NCBI RefSeq assembly: GCF_046267985.1
Contig: NZ_CP176530.1
Span: 478,881-502,880 of the forward strand
Source: Pseudobdellovibrio sp. HCB154
GTDB lineage: Bacteria > Bdellovibrionota > Bdellovibrionia > Bdellovibrionales > Bdellovibrionaceae
DNA: 24,000 nucleotides
Reading direction: 5' to 3'
Shown: piece by piece, positions 9,698-17,336 of the stretch
How the letters are laid out: each line of letters begins with the position of its first letter
Numbering within the stretch: position 1 is the first letter of the stretch
Notes under the pieces: generated by a model
The model's database searches: none
The model's input: the letters and a program-made list of their open reading frames with translations, nothing else
What the model was told of the DNA's origin: nothing
Program-made: the position numbers and the translations under genes

Positions 9698-10027
9698 TTA
9701 GCCTCTATCAGTCACCATTTGCTGATAACCGCCATCAATCAGATAGACGTTTGTATAACCTTTTTTTTCTAAATCTTTGGCGATACGCTCAGATTGCTTG
9801 CCATCAGGGCATAATAATAAAATAGCGAAGTCTTTGGGGATCTTACGGCTATCTAATTCGCTTTGGGTCTGGCTTTCCGTCAGCATGACCTGCCAAGCTT
9901 CAACGTGCAGCTTCTGAATTGACGTGTACCAAGGGGTTAAATCTGTGCCGTAATTGAAAAATAAAAACGGAACGCGGTTTTCAATTAAATTATTTAACTG
10001 GTAATAGCCAATTTTGTTGTAGCTCAT
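9698..10027 (-). CDS. rhodanese-like domain protein
   Basis: 109 aa; LLLCPDGKQSERIAKDLEKKGYTNVYLIDGGYQQM matches the rhodanese active-site loop and C-terminal signature; ATGA overlap with the upstream MFS gene. Confidence 0.8.
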   Translation of the reverse strand: MSYNKIGYYQLNNLIENRVPFLFFNYGTDLTPWYTSIQKLHVEAWQVMLTESQTQSELDSRKIPKDFAILLLCPDGKQSERIAKDLEKKGYTNVYLIDGGYQQMVTDRG

Positions 10028-11253
10028 GCAGTCACCTTTTTGCCGTGATCAGGCAGATCTTTAAAAATCATAAAAATAATCGCTAAGGCAAATAACGTAA
10101 AGCCCCCAGCAAGTACAAACGGCGAACCTTTAAAAGTGCTTTGTAATAAAAAGCCACCAATCGCGGGGCCAATCACACGGCCTAAGGCTGATAAACTTTG
10201 TGTTGTACCTAAGGCAATACCTTGTTCTTCAGGCGGCACTAATAACGAAACGCTTCCCATAAACGATGGATTTGTTAATCCGTGGCCTAAAGAAAGTAAT
10301 GTCATCACAACACCCATCATTGGAATACTTGGCGCAAACGCGATGCCTAAAAGGCCTAGGCCTAATAAAAGTAATCCTGCACATAAAACTTTTCTTTCAC
10401 CCACTTTAGGAAGCAAACGGCGAACTAAAAAACCTTGTGTGAAAACAATAATCACACCGATGTAAGCAAAGCCAAAACTCACTTCTTTGATGTTCCAGTT
10501 AAATTTATCTTTCATGTAGAGAACCAAAGTTGATTCCATCAACGCCATTGAAAGTGTGGCTAGTGCAAAGCCTGTAATTAATGGGCCCACAGTTTTCATG
10601 TGAAAGTAGCGCACAAGGTGAGTAAACTTTTTTTGTTTTTCAGAACTGTTTTTCGCTCTGGTTTCAGCGCTGATCGATTCTTTTAAATTAAAGAACGCAA
10701 AGATAAATGTGAATAAGCAAAGTAGAGCAACGCCATACGCGGAGAAGCTGGCGACGAACCCCATGTCTGAGGACATCGTTTCAGCCCACACCGTTAAACC
10801 ACCGCCGATGGCCGGGCCAAATAAAAACCCTAAACCAAAAGCTACGCCAATTACGGCCATACCTTTTGAACGGTTTTCTGGAGTTGTCACATCTGACACA
10901 TAAGCTGAAGCGGTGGAAATTGAAGCGCCAAAAAAGCCAGTCATGATTCGCGCGATAAAAAGCATTTCTAATGAACGAGACCAGGCTAGAACTAAATAAG
11001 AAATCATTTCGCCTAAAAGGCAGTACATTAAAATCGGTCTGCGACCATAGCGGTCAGAAAGTTTTCCCCAAAACGGAGCAAAGATAAATTGCATGAGTGA
11101 ATAACACGACATTAAAAGACCAGCTACCCAAGGAGTGGCGCCGTAGTGTGTGCTCAGTAGGGGCAGAACCGGAATAATCATTCCGAATCCTAAAAGGTAA
11201 ATAAAAACTGTGAAAAAAATTACGATAAGTGGTTTTGCGTTTGGGTTTTTCAT
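10024..11253 (-). CDS. MFS transporter (TetA/multidrug-efflux-like)
   Basis: GFGMIIPVLPLL, FIFAPFWGKLSDRYGRRPILM, many hydrophobic segments; 409 aa. Confidence 0.9.
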   Translation of the reverse strand: MKNPNAKPLIVIFFTVFIYLLGFGMIIPVLPLLSTHYGATPWVAGLLMSCYSLMQFIFAPFWGKLSDRYGRRPILMYCLLGEMISYLVLAWSRSLEMLFIARIMTGFFGASISTASAYVSDVTTPENRSKGMAVIGVAFGLGFLFGPAIGGGLTVWAETMSSDMGFVASFSAYGVALLCLFTFIFAFFNLKESISAETRAKNSSEKQKKFTHLVRYFHMKTVGPLITGFALATLSMALMESTLVLYMKDKFNWNIKEVSFGFAYIGVIIVFTQGFLVRRLLPKVGERKVLCAGLLLLGLGLLGIAFAPSIPMMGVVMTLLSLGHGLTNPSFMGSVSLLVPPEEQGIALGTTQSLSALGRVIGPAIGGFLLQSTFKGSPFVLAGGFTLFALAIIFMIFKDLPDHGKKVTA

Positions 11254-11317
11254 TTTAGCCGATCTGGACCTTTGTCTTCTGCTCTTAGTATATAAACTCG
11301 GTTACACTGATGTGGCT

Positions 11318-12523
11318 ATGAAAAAAACATCCACTACACTGCGTTCTAAGGTGAATTTGGCCCTTCTAGGATTGGCTCTTTTTTCGACTGCTCAGGCTAA
11401 GGCATTTTTTGATCCTTACCAGGTCTATCGCTCGCAAAGATTCGATCTGGCGATTGATACACAATTCTACAAAACGACAGCTAACTTTGATTCAGGTGGT
11501 GAAAAAACAGATCTGCCATTTGAAAACAGCTATCAGCTTATAGATGTGACACCTCAATTGCGTTGGGGAATGTTCCGTGATTTTGGAGTACGCGTGGGCG
11601 GTAACGTCGGAACCTCGGAGTCGGTTGACCCAATTAATACACGTAACAATTCAACTTTTAACCGCATTGATGTGGGTGCTGATTATCAATTGCTCAACTT
11701 TGATTCTTTTCAGACGATCCTAGATTTTGAATATTCGCATCCTATGGAAAAAGTCAGTGAAACTGGCGATGACAGCTTAAACAGCAATGGTGCCAGCGAA
11801 ATTAAACCAACAGCCATTATGCGCATGGATTTAGGAAGTTTTTATCCTTACGCTTACGTGGGCGGAAATATTCGCTCTGAAGGTTTATCAACACTGTTGA
11901 CTTACGGTGTTGGCGGAGAATTTCGTTTTTCTGAATTGGGATTAGGTGCCGCGCTTGATGGTTTTAGTTCAGTTAAAGATGATCAATACACAAATTCGGC
12001 TTCACGTCGTGATGCGGTCACAACACGTGTGAATGGCGGAAGTAAAAGATTTTATTCAATCAATCCAAATGCTTTAGCTGCAGAACTTTTTGTGAATTTT
12101 GCGATGACAGATTTTATTAAGTTTAAAGCTTACGGCGGAGCTGATGTTACCGGTTCAAATTATTCACAAGGATTTTTTGTCGGAGCCGCTTTAACTTTTA
12201 CGCTTGATTACGGAAATAATGATCACGATGAAGAACCTGTGGTTCGTAAAGCGCGTCCAGCGGCGAAGAAAACAAAAGCGAAGCAACCTGTGGATAATGG
12301 ATTTCGTGAAGATACAAACGATGGCGTAGATCAAAATTATTTTAAATCAGTTGATCCAAGTAATGATGATTATGTGCAACCTATTGAAGAAGAGCAGCCA
12401 CCCCAAAATGGAACCAGCTCAAGTGTTAATCCGAACTCTGAATCTTCAACGCAGCAGGATTTAGATCAGCTCGGTTATACAATCAAATTAAAGAAGCTTA
12501 AAAAGAAAAAGAAGAATCAGTAG
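11318..12523 (+). CDS. outer-membrane beta-barrel-like protein with long charged C-terminal tail
   Basis: ATG 11318 starts a signal peptide (MKKTSTTLRSKVNLALLGLALFSTAQAKA). Alternating amphipathic strands follow, then a low-complexity tail (RKARPAAKKTKAKQ...EEEQPPQNGTSSS...KLKKLKKKKKNQ). The track start at 11210 overlaps the divergent MFS gene start and is less likely. Confidence 0.75.
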   Translation: MKKTSTTLRSKVNLALLGLALFSTAQAKAFFDPYQVYRSQRFDLAIDTQFYKTTANFDSGGEKTDLPFENSYQLIDVTPQLRWGMFRDFGVRVGGNVGTSESVDPINTRNNSTFNRIDVGADYQLLNFDSFQTILDFEYSHPMEKVSETGDDSLNSNGASEIKPTAIMRMDLGSFYPYAYVGGNIRSEGLSTLLTYGVGGEFRFSELGLGAALDGFSSVKDDQYTNSASRRDAVTTRVNGGSKRFYSINPNALAAELFVNFAMTDFIKFKAYGGADVTGSNYSQGFFVGAALTFTLDYGNNDHDEEPVVRKARPAAKKTKAKQPVDNGFREDTNDGVDQNYFKSVDPSNDDYVQPIEEEQPPQNGTSSSVNPNSESSTQQDLDQLGYTIKLKKLKKKKKNQ

Positions 12524-12586
12524 TTCTCTTCAACGGGCAATTCGCCACAGTAGCGTTTCTTATTACAATCATAACAAAATAAATCT

Positions 12587-12618
12587 AGACAAGTTTTCTA
12601 TATCAAGATAACTTGTCT
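12587..12618. promoter_or_regulatory. palindromic operator-like / 5'UTR element
   Basis: Perfect 9-bp inverted repeat AGACAAGTT-N14-AACTTGTCT directly upstream of the RBS of small ORF 12645..12743. Confidence 0.45.
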
Positions 12619-12644
12619 TCATTCTTATGAAAGGAGAATCGCAT

Positions 12645-12743
12645 ATGATTACACATTTTAATATTATCGCCTTAGGACTTACTGTCGCAGCCAATGTTGC
12701 TATTTCAGATATGACCGATTCTCCTAAGTCGCAGCAATTCTAG
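12645..12743 (+). CDS. putative 32-aa small protein or leader peptide
   Basis: Not in the ORF track. AAGGAG RBS at 12631 region, ATG at 12645: MITHFNIIALGLTVAANVAISDMTDSPKSQQF*. Confidence 0.45.
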   Translation: MITHFNIIALGLTVAANVAISDMTDSPKSQQF

Positions 12744-12845
12744 CAAGAAAGTATGTTTCCCTAGAGGAAAAATGCCTTTAAAGCGGAAACCTGAAAAGTT
12801 AGAAAGCTTCTAACAAGAGAATCAAAAAAATAAAAAGAATGAAAT

Positions 12846-12864
12846 GAAAACGATAATCATTTTT
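12846..12864. promoter_or_regulatory. Fur-box-like site
   Basis: GAAAACGATAATCATTTTT compared by eye with classical 19-mer GATAATGATAATCATTATC gives 15/19 matches including GATAATCATT; about 115 bp upstream of ORF 12979. Confidence 0.3.
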
Positions 12865-12978
12865 ATCGTCTAAGTTTGTTGTGAATTTTTTCGCAGCCAA
12901 TTTCTCATTCTGCAAATCAAAACAAATTAATAATTTTTATTTAACCGCGTTCGGCAACGGGCGCAAAAAGGACTATTT

Positions 12979-13230
12979 ATGAAAAACGCTAAAAACTATT
13001 TAGCACATTATGAAAATTGGGAAAACGTAAACGCGGAGGAGCTTTGGCGCCTTTGGAAAAGTGTTCTCAAGTGTATTAACCTGATCGCTTATTGCCTTCA
13101 CGCTTTAGTGAAATTAGCGATCGGGTTTTTATTAAACGCCAACTATTTGGTAAAACATCACGAATTAGGAAAGCTACCGGAAGAAATCAACGGTAGCTAT
13201 GCTTGCAGCAGGAACTGGGATCTTAGCTAA
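12979..13230 (+). CDS. hypothetical 83-aa protein (coding status uncertain)
   Basis: RBS-like AAAAGGA 7 nt upstream of ATG and a hydrophobic mid-segment (CINLIAYCLHALVKLAIGFLL). The ORF contains a terminator-like hairpin and its stop lies in the loop region of a second one. Confidence 0.5.
   Translation: MKNAKNYLAHYENWENVNAEELWRLWKSVLKCINLIAYCLHALVKLAIGFLLNANYLVKHHELGKLPEEINGSYACSRNWDLS
13080..13130 (+). terminator. terminator-like hairpin inside ORF 12979..13230
   Basis: CCTGATCGCT (13080..13089) pairs with AGCGATCGGG (13116..13125), one G-U pair, inner stem TTCAC/GTGAA, followed by TTTTT. Confidence 0.4.
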
Positions 13231-13248
13231 GACCAGTTCCTGTTTTTT
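13209..13248 (+). terminator. Rho-independent terminator
   Basis: CAGGAACTGG (13209..13218) / CCAGTTCCTG (13233..13242), inner TCTTAG/CTAAGA, followed by TTTTTT. Confidence 0.85.
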
Positions 13249-13321
13249 ATTGCTCTCTCTGTCATGTTGTAAATCGTCGTTGGGGAGGGGCGATTTGGTT
13301 TTGGAATTTTATTTTATAAGA

Positions 13322-13807
13322 TTATTCGAGATCCATGTGCTGCATGCGCATTTTCGGCATGTAGGCTTCGGCTTGCTCAAGTAAAGATAAGTGAGCTTGC
13401 GCCATGGCTTTTAGGTTGGCTTCAAATTGCATTCTTGATTTTTTAAGATCAGAAATTTCTTGATAGATTTTACGTAAAGAATCTTTCGCGTCGCGAGTGA
13501 TTGTTTCGGCCTTGTGTTGGGCGTCAGCAATGATTAATTTCACTTCGTGCTCAGTTTCAGTTTTCATTTGATCAGTCATTTTCGTAGCTTGGGTAATAGC
13601 GCTACGTAAAACATTATCGCGGTCACGGTATTCGTGAAGCTGTAATTCTTTTTCTTTTAATTCTTCAGTTAATGTTTGAATTTGTTGCGCCAGGTTTTCT
13701 GTTTGCGCAGCAATAACTGTTAGAAAGTTAACTACTTGTTCAGGATCAAAGCCCATCATCTTACGATCGAAGGTCTTATTTGCTATTTCAGTAGGGTAAA
13801 ATTTCAT
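13322..13807 (-). CDS. divIVA: DivIVA-domain cell-division/polarity protein
   Basis: N-terminus PTEIANKTFDRKMMGFDPEQVVNFLTVIA is the DivIVA domain, followed by coiled coil; GGAGGA-type RBS (catGGAGGAATTAAATG). Confidence 0.88.
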   Translation of the reverse strand: MKFYPTEIANKTFDRKMMGFDPEQVVNFLTVIAAQTENLAQQIQTLTEELKEKELQLHEYRDRDNVLRSAITQATKMTDQMKTETEHEVKLIIADAQHKAETITRDAKDSLRKIYQEISDLKKSRMQFEANLKAMAQAHLSLLEQAEAYMPKMRMQHMDLE

Positions 13808-13855
13808 TTAATTCCTCCATGAATCAAATTAACGAAACCCGTGGTTCACTATTTT

Positions 13856-13861
13856 AGTATA
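13856..13861 (-). promoter_or_regulatory. candidate -10 element (TATACT) for divIVA
   Basis: Minus strand reads ...GGCAAGTATTACCTATACTAAAATAG... about 50 nt upstream of the divIVA ATG; no convincing -35. Confidence 0.3.
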
Positions 13862-13956
13862 GGTAATACTTGCCCCAAAAAAAAGTCGAGTCCAAGGATG
13901 TGCCTATATCCTGTACTTTAGGTTGAGCGACAAAAGTCGTAATGCTTTGTGAGAAA

Positions 13957-13974
13957 GCCAGACCTACGTCTGGC
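13957..13974 (-). terminator. small hairpin overlapping proC stop codon
   Basis: GCCAGAC-CTAC-GTCTGGC, 7-bp perfect stem; minus-strand read-out is followed by CTTTCT, a poor T-tract. Confidence 0.25.
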
Positions 13975-14794
13975 GGGCGATTTCTTGTGAACGTAAAGCG
14001 GCTTTTTCGAAGCTGATACGTAGGGCGCGTTCGATTTCAAGCTCACGCATTGAATTTAATCCAGCTGCGGTAACGCCTTTTTTAGAAGTGACTCGTTGTT
14101 GTAATTCTTCGATATCAACACCCGCTGATTGCGCAGCTAAAAGTGAAGCGCCAACGAAAGTTTCAATCGTCATCATTTTAGCTTGTTCAGGTGTAAAACC
14201 GTGTTCGATGATCCAATCTTGCCAGTACATCATCATTTCAAAAACAAAGCCTGTACCGCTTGAGCATGAAATCATTAAAGCATCGAATTGATCTTCAGTT
14301 TCTAATTCTAAAATAACACCTAAGCCAGAAAATAAGTCTTTCGTGATTTCAGTGACAACTTCATCTTTTTTATTCGCTAAAACACCTAAAACACCGCGGC
14401 CAATTAATGACGGCGTGTTTGGCATTAAGCGAACCAAGCGTGGTTGTGGAATCATTTTTTGTAATGAACGCATAGTGATTCCCGCAGCTAACGAGATCAC
14501 GATTTGGTTTTCGTTAAACGCCGAAGCCAGGTTGGCCATGGCTTGTGGAAGATCTTGCGGTTTCATTGCTAAAATAACAATGTCACACTCTTCGACGATC
14601 TGTTCATTATGTTCACGCGTTTGAATTTGATATAATTCTTTTAACTTAAGAGGCTTACCCGGAGTGCGGTTTGAAACCAAGATTTGATCTGGTCTTAATA
14701 ACTTTGACTCTACCATTCCTTTGATAAGAGCCTGAGCCATGTGTCCTGCGCCGATGAAACCAACTTTGTACGTCTTAAGTAAAGGATGAGTCAT
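13964..14794 (-). CDS. proC: pyrroline-5-carboxylate reductase
   Basis: KVGFIGAGHMAQALIKGM (Rossmann), ILAMKPQDL, ISLAAGITMRSLQ, RLVRLMPNTPSLIGRGV, SSGTGFVFEM, VTSKKGVTAAGL. Confidence 0.93.
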   Translation of the reverse strand: MTHPLLKTYKVGFIGAGHMAQALIKGMVESKLLRPDQILVSNRTPGKPLKLKELYQIQTREHNEQIVEECDIVILAMKPQDLPQAMANLASAFNENQIVISLAAGITMRSLQKMIPQPRLVRLMPNTPSLIGRGVLGVLANKKDEVVTEITKDLFSGLGVILELETEDQFDALMISCSSGTGFVFEMMMYWQDWIIEHGFTPEQAKMMTIETFVGASLLAAQSAGVDIEELQQRVTSKKGVTAAGLNSMRELEIERALRISFEKAALRSQEIARQT

Positions 14795-14803
14795 ATAAAA
14801 AGA

Positions 14804-16036
14804 CTACTTTACTTTTTGCCTTTCGCCAAACAAAACCGTGCCGATTCGAATCCATGTCGCACCTTCTTTCAAGGCGACTTCGTAATCGTGGCTGGTTCCC
14901 ATCGAGAGCTCTTTGACTTGTAAGCGATCGGCCAAAGTTTTTAATTTTTTAAAATGAACTTGATTGTCTAAAGCCTGATTTTGCAGGGGAGGCATGGTCA
15001 TAAGCCCCACAATTTTTATATGAGCCAATTGAGTCAATTTATCCCAAGCGGCGAGAACGCTGGATTCGTCGAAACCCGCCTTGGTAGCTTCGTTCGCAAG
15101 ATTTACTTGAATAAAAACTTTTTGCACATGCCCGATTTCAGACGCTTTTTTTGAAACTAATTCGGCCAGTTCCAAAGAATCAATGGCGTGCAAATAAGCA
15201 AAGTTGTTTTTTAAATACTTTACTTTGTTTTTTTGAATCGGGCCGATCAGATGCCATTCTAAATTTAAATCTTTTAAGGCCTCGATTTTTTCTAAAGCCT
15301 CTTGAATATAGTTTTCACCAAAAGCCTTTTGGCCTTGTGAAACCAGTTCACGGATTTTTTCCAACGGTTGTAGTTTACTCACCGCTAGTAAATGTTGGTC
15401 AGCATTCAGTTTAGCTTTAATTTGTGAAAGGGCTGATTTTTCAAATGACCAATTCTTAGAGGTAAAGATTTTTTCTAATGCCGAAAGTGGAAGTCCAACG
15501 ACATTGTTGTAATCACCAACAAACTTTTCCACAAATTTTCCACCAAGACCTTGAATGGCGTAAGAGCCGGCTTTATCCATCGGTTCACCGGTTTTGATGT
15601 AATCCCAGATGTCTTCATCACGCAGGTTTTTGAAAAAAACTTGTGATGTCTCGATATGAGACGTGACTTCAGGTCCAGATTGACCAGCCCCTTGGTCCAG
15701 CAGGATGATCGCGGTTTTTACTTCGTGCATTTTGCCTGAAAGTTTCTTCAAAGTATCAAATGCATCCTGTTCGTTTTCAGGTTTGCCGATCGCTGAATTT
15801 TCTAAACAAACCATGGTGTCCGAAGCCAAAATAATATTGCTCGGATTTTTATCAGGACATAGGTCTAGGCAGGCCAGGGCTTTTCGTTTCGCAATGTCGA
15901 TTATCTGCTCGTCTAAGCTTAGGTTTTCATTCGGAATTTCCGATATGAAGACTGGGAATGAGACAAAATAATAACCGGCTTTTTTCAGAATTTCTGCGCG
16001 CCGCGGAGATTGCGAAGCTAGGACAATTTTTTTCAT
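14804..16036 (-). CDS. Maf-family nucleotide pyrophosphatase fused to YggS/PLPBP (PLP homeostasis) protein
   Basis: N-terminal about 190 aa: IVLASQSPRRAEILKKAG, ILASDTMVCLENSAIGKPE, DKAGSYAIQGLGGKFVEKFVGDYNNVVGLPL (Maf). C-terminal about 210 aa: LLAVSKLQPLEKI, KAFGENYIQEALEKIE, LEWHLIGPIQKNKVKYL, LHAIDSLELAE, LSMGTSHDYEVALKEGATWIRIGTVLFG (YggS). Continuous frame, no stop. Confidence 0.93.
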   Translation of the reverse strand: MKKIVLASQSPRRAEILKKAGYYFVSFPVFISEIPNENLSLDEQIIDIAKRKALACLDLCPDKNPSNIILASDTMVCLENSAIGKPENEQDAFDTLKKLSGKMHEVKTAIILLDQGAGQSGPEVTSHIETSQVFFKNLRDEDIWDYIKTGEPMDKAGSYAIQGLGGKFVEKFVGDYNNVVGLPLSALEKIFTSKNWSFEKSALSQIKAKLNADQHLLAVSKLQPLEKIRELVSQGQKAFGENYIQEALEKIEALKDLNLEWHLIGPIQKNKVKYLKNNFAYLHAIDSLELAELVSKKASEIGHVQKVFIQVNLANEATKAGFDESSVLAAWDKLTQLAHIKIVGLMTMPPLQNQALDNQVHFKKLKTLADRLQVKELSMGTSHDYEVALKEGATWIRIGTVLFGERQKVK

Positions 16037-16067
16037 TCAACCAAATTTATAAACCAAAAGAGGATCT

Positions 16068-16976
16068 ATGGGTAGTGCTGAACTCATGTTATTTACTGGT
16101 CTCATCCTAGCGGGTGTGGCGGTTTATCTTTTCATGACTTCCATTTTGGCGGGGAAGCCCGGCGAAGCGCAATTGCAATGGGCCAGCGGTACTGAACCGA
16201 TTAAATCTAAAAATGGAATCATCAATCTTTGCCGTCCGATGGTGCATCAGTTTACTCTGCAGCACGCAGCAAAATTTAAATCTGAGGCTTATCGTAAAAA
16301 AATCCGTCACTTGATCAAAACTGGCGGCATGACATCTGAGATGAACGAAGATGAATTTATCGGTTACCAAATTTTCTTAGGTATCGCTTTTCCGATTTTT
16401 TTAATCATCATGAACTTTTCGTTAGACTTAGGATTTTCTCCGATGATCTTGGCGATGTTAGGCGTTGTGGGTTGGTTCATGCCACAGATGCACTGTAAGG
16501 CGCAGAAGAACGTAAGAACATTAAGCGTTCAGCAAGACATGCCATTTTTTATCGACCTACTTGCGCTTTCAGTTGAAGCGGGTCTTGATTTCTTCGGCGC
16601 GATTCAAAAAATCGTAGATAAAGTGGCTGACGAAAATTCAGTTTTAGCTGAAGAATTTAAAACAGTTTTAAAAGATATCAAAATTGGTTCATCAAAAACA
16701 GATGCGTTAAAAGAAATGGCCGCTCGCTTAGACATGCCAGAGATCACATCTTTCGTAGCCGTGTTAATTGATGCCGAAGCAACAGGCGCTTCAATTTCGC
16801 AAGTGTTAAAAGACCAATCGGTGCAAATGCGTTTAGAGCGCTTTGTTCGTGCGGAAAAAGCCGGAGCGCGTGCTTCGCAATTAATTTTACTTCCATTAAT
16901 GGGATTTATTTTACCAGCCGTATTCATCATGGTTTTCGGACCAGTGATTTTAGGCTTTGTGTACGGAAAGAATTAA
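16068..16976 (+). CDS. TadC/GspF-like type II secretion F-domain inner-membrane protein
   Basis: QQDMPFFIDLLALSVEAGLDFFGAIQKIV...IGSSKTDALKEMAARLDMPEITSFVAVLIDAEATGASISQVLKDQSVQMRLERFVRAEKAGARASQLILLPLMGFILPAVFIMVFGPVIL is the classic TadC/T2SSF pattern. Confidence 0.9.
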   Translation: MGSAELMLFTGLILAGVAVYLFMTSILAGKPGEAQLQWASGTEPIKSKNGIINLCRPMVHQFTLQHAAKFKSEAYRKKIRHLIKTGGMTSEMNEDEFIGYQIFLGIAFPIFLIIMNFSLDLGFSPMILAMLGVVGWFMPQMHCKAQKNVRTLSVQQDMPFFIDLLALSVEAGLDFFGAIQKIVDKVADENSVLAEEFKTVLKDIKIGSSKTDALKEMAARLDMPEITSFVAVLIDAEATGASISQVLKDQSVQMRLERFVRAEKAGARASQLILLPLMGFILPAVFIMVFGPVILGFVYGKN

Positions 16977-16979
16977 AAG

Positions 16980-17336
16980 ATGGCAAAACTTTACAAGATT
17001 CAACATGGGGATAAAGCCGAGCTTCTGATTGAAAATCTGGAGTTGGCGGAATCATTTTTTGCCCGTGGTAAAGGGTTGTTAGGCCGAAAATCTTTAAGCC
17101 CGAATGCGGCGTTATGGATTAAGCCTTGTAACAACATTCACACCTTTTTTATGAATTTTGCGATCGATTGCATTTTTGTGAATAAAAAAATGGAAATTGA
17201 AAAAATAGTATCCGTTGTAAAACCCTATAAGATCATTGGGCCTTTTTGGAAAGCATCATCAGTCGTAGAAACAGCAGCTGGCAATGCAGAAAAGTGGAAC
17301 CTTCAGGTAGGAGATCAGTTATATGTGGTCAGTTAG
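16980..17336 (+). CDS. DUF192-family protein
   Basis: FARGKGLLGRKSL...ALWIKPCNNIHTFFMNFAIDCIFVNKKMEIEKIVSVVKPYKI...VVETAAGNAEKWNLQVGDQLYV fits the DUF192 signature. Confidence 0.88.
   Translation: MAKLYKIQHGDKAELLIENLELAESFFARGKGLLGRKSLSPNAALWIKPCNNIHTFFMNFAIDCIFVNKKMEIEKIVSVVKPYKIIGPFWKASSVVETAAGNAEKWNLQVGDQLYVVS

Noticed and set aside
10136-10903. Plus-strand ORFs 10136..10465 and 10709..10903
   Set aside because: Antisense to the MFS transporter; Pro/Lys-rich composition is typical of reverse-complemented hydrophobic codons.
11210-11317. N-terminal extension of the outer-membrane protein ORF (start 11210)
   Set aside because: It overlaps the divergent MFS gene, and the internal ATG at 11318 begins a textbook signal peptide.
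12930-13248. tmRNA or SRP (4.5S) RNA
   Set aside because: I looked for a tmRNA tag reading frame with the ANDENYALAA-type ending and for the SRP GGAAGG..AGCAG tetraloop region. Only superficial similarity (AKNYLAH, CCGGAAGAAATC); no acceptor-like ends or domain IV structure.
13271-13296. AAATCG...CGATTT inverted repeat downstream of divIVA
   Set aside because: A 6-bp stem with a 14-nt loop and no T-tract on the minus strand; too weak to call a terminator.
13199-13384. 61-aa plus-strand ORF
   Set aside because: It spans the terminator at 13209..13248 and the 3' end of divIVA on the opposite strand; no RBS or recognisable domain.
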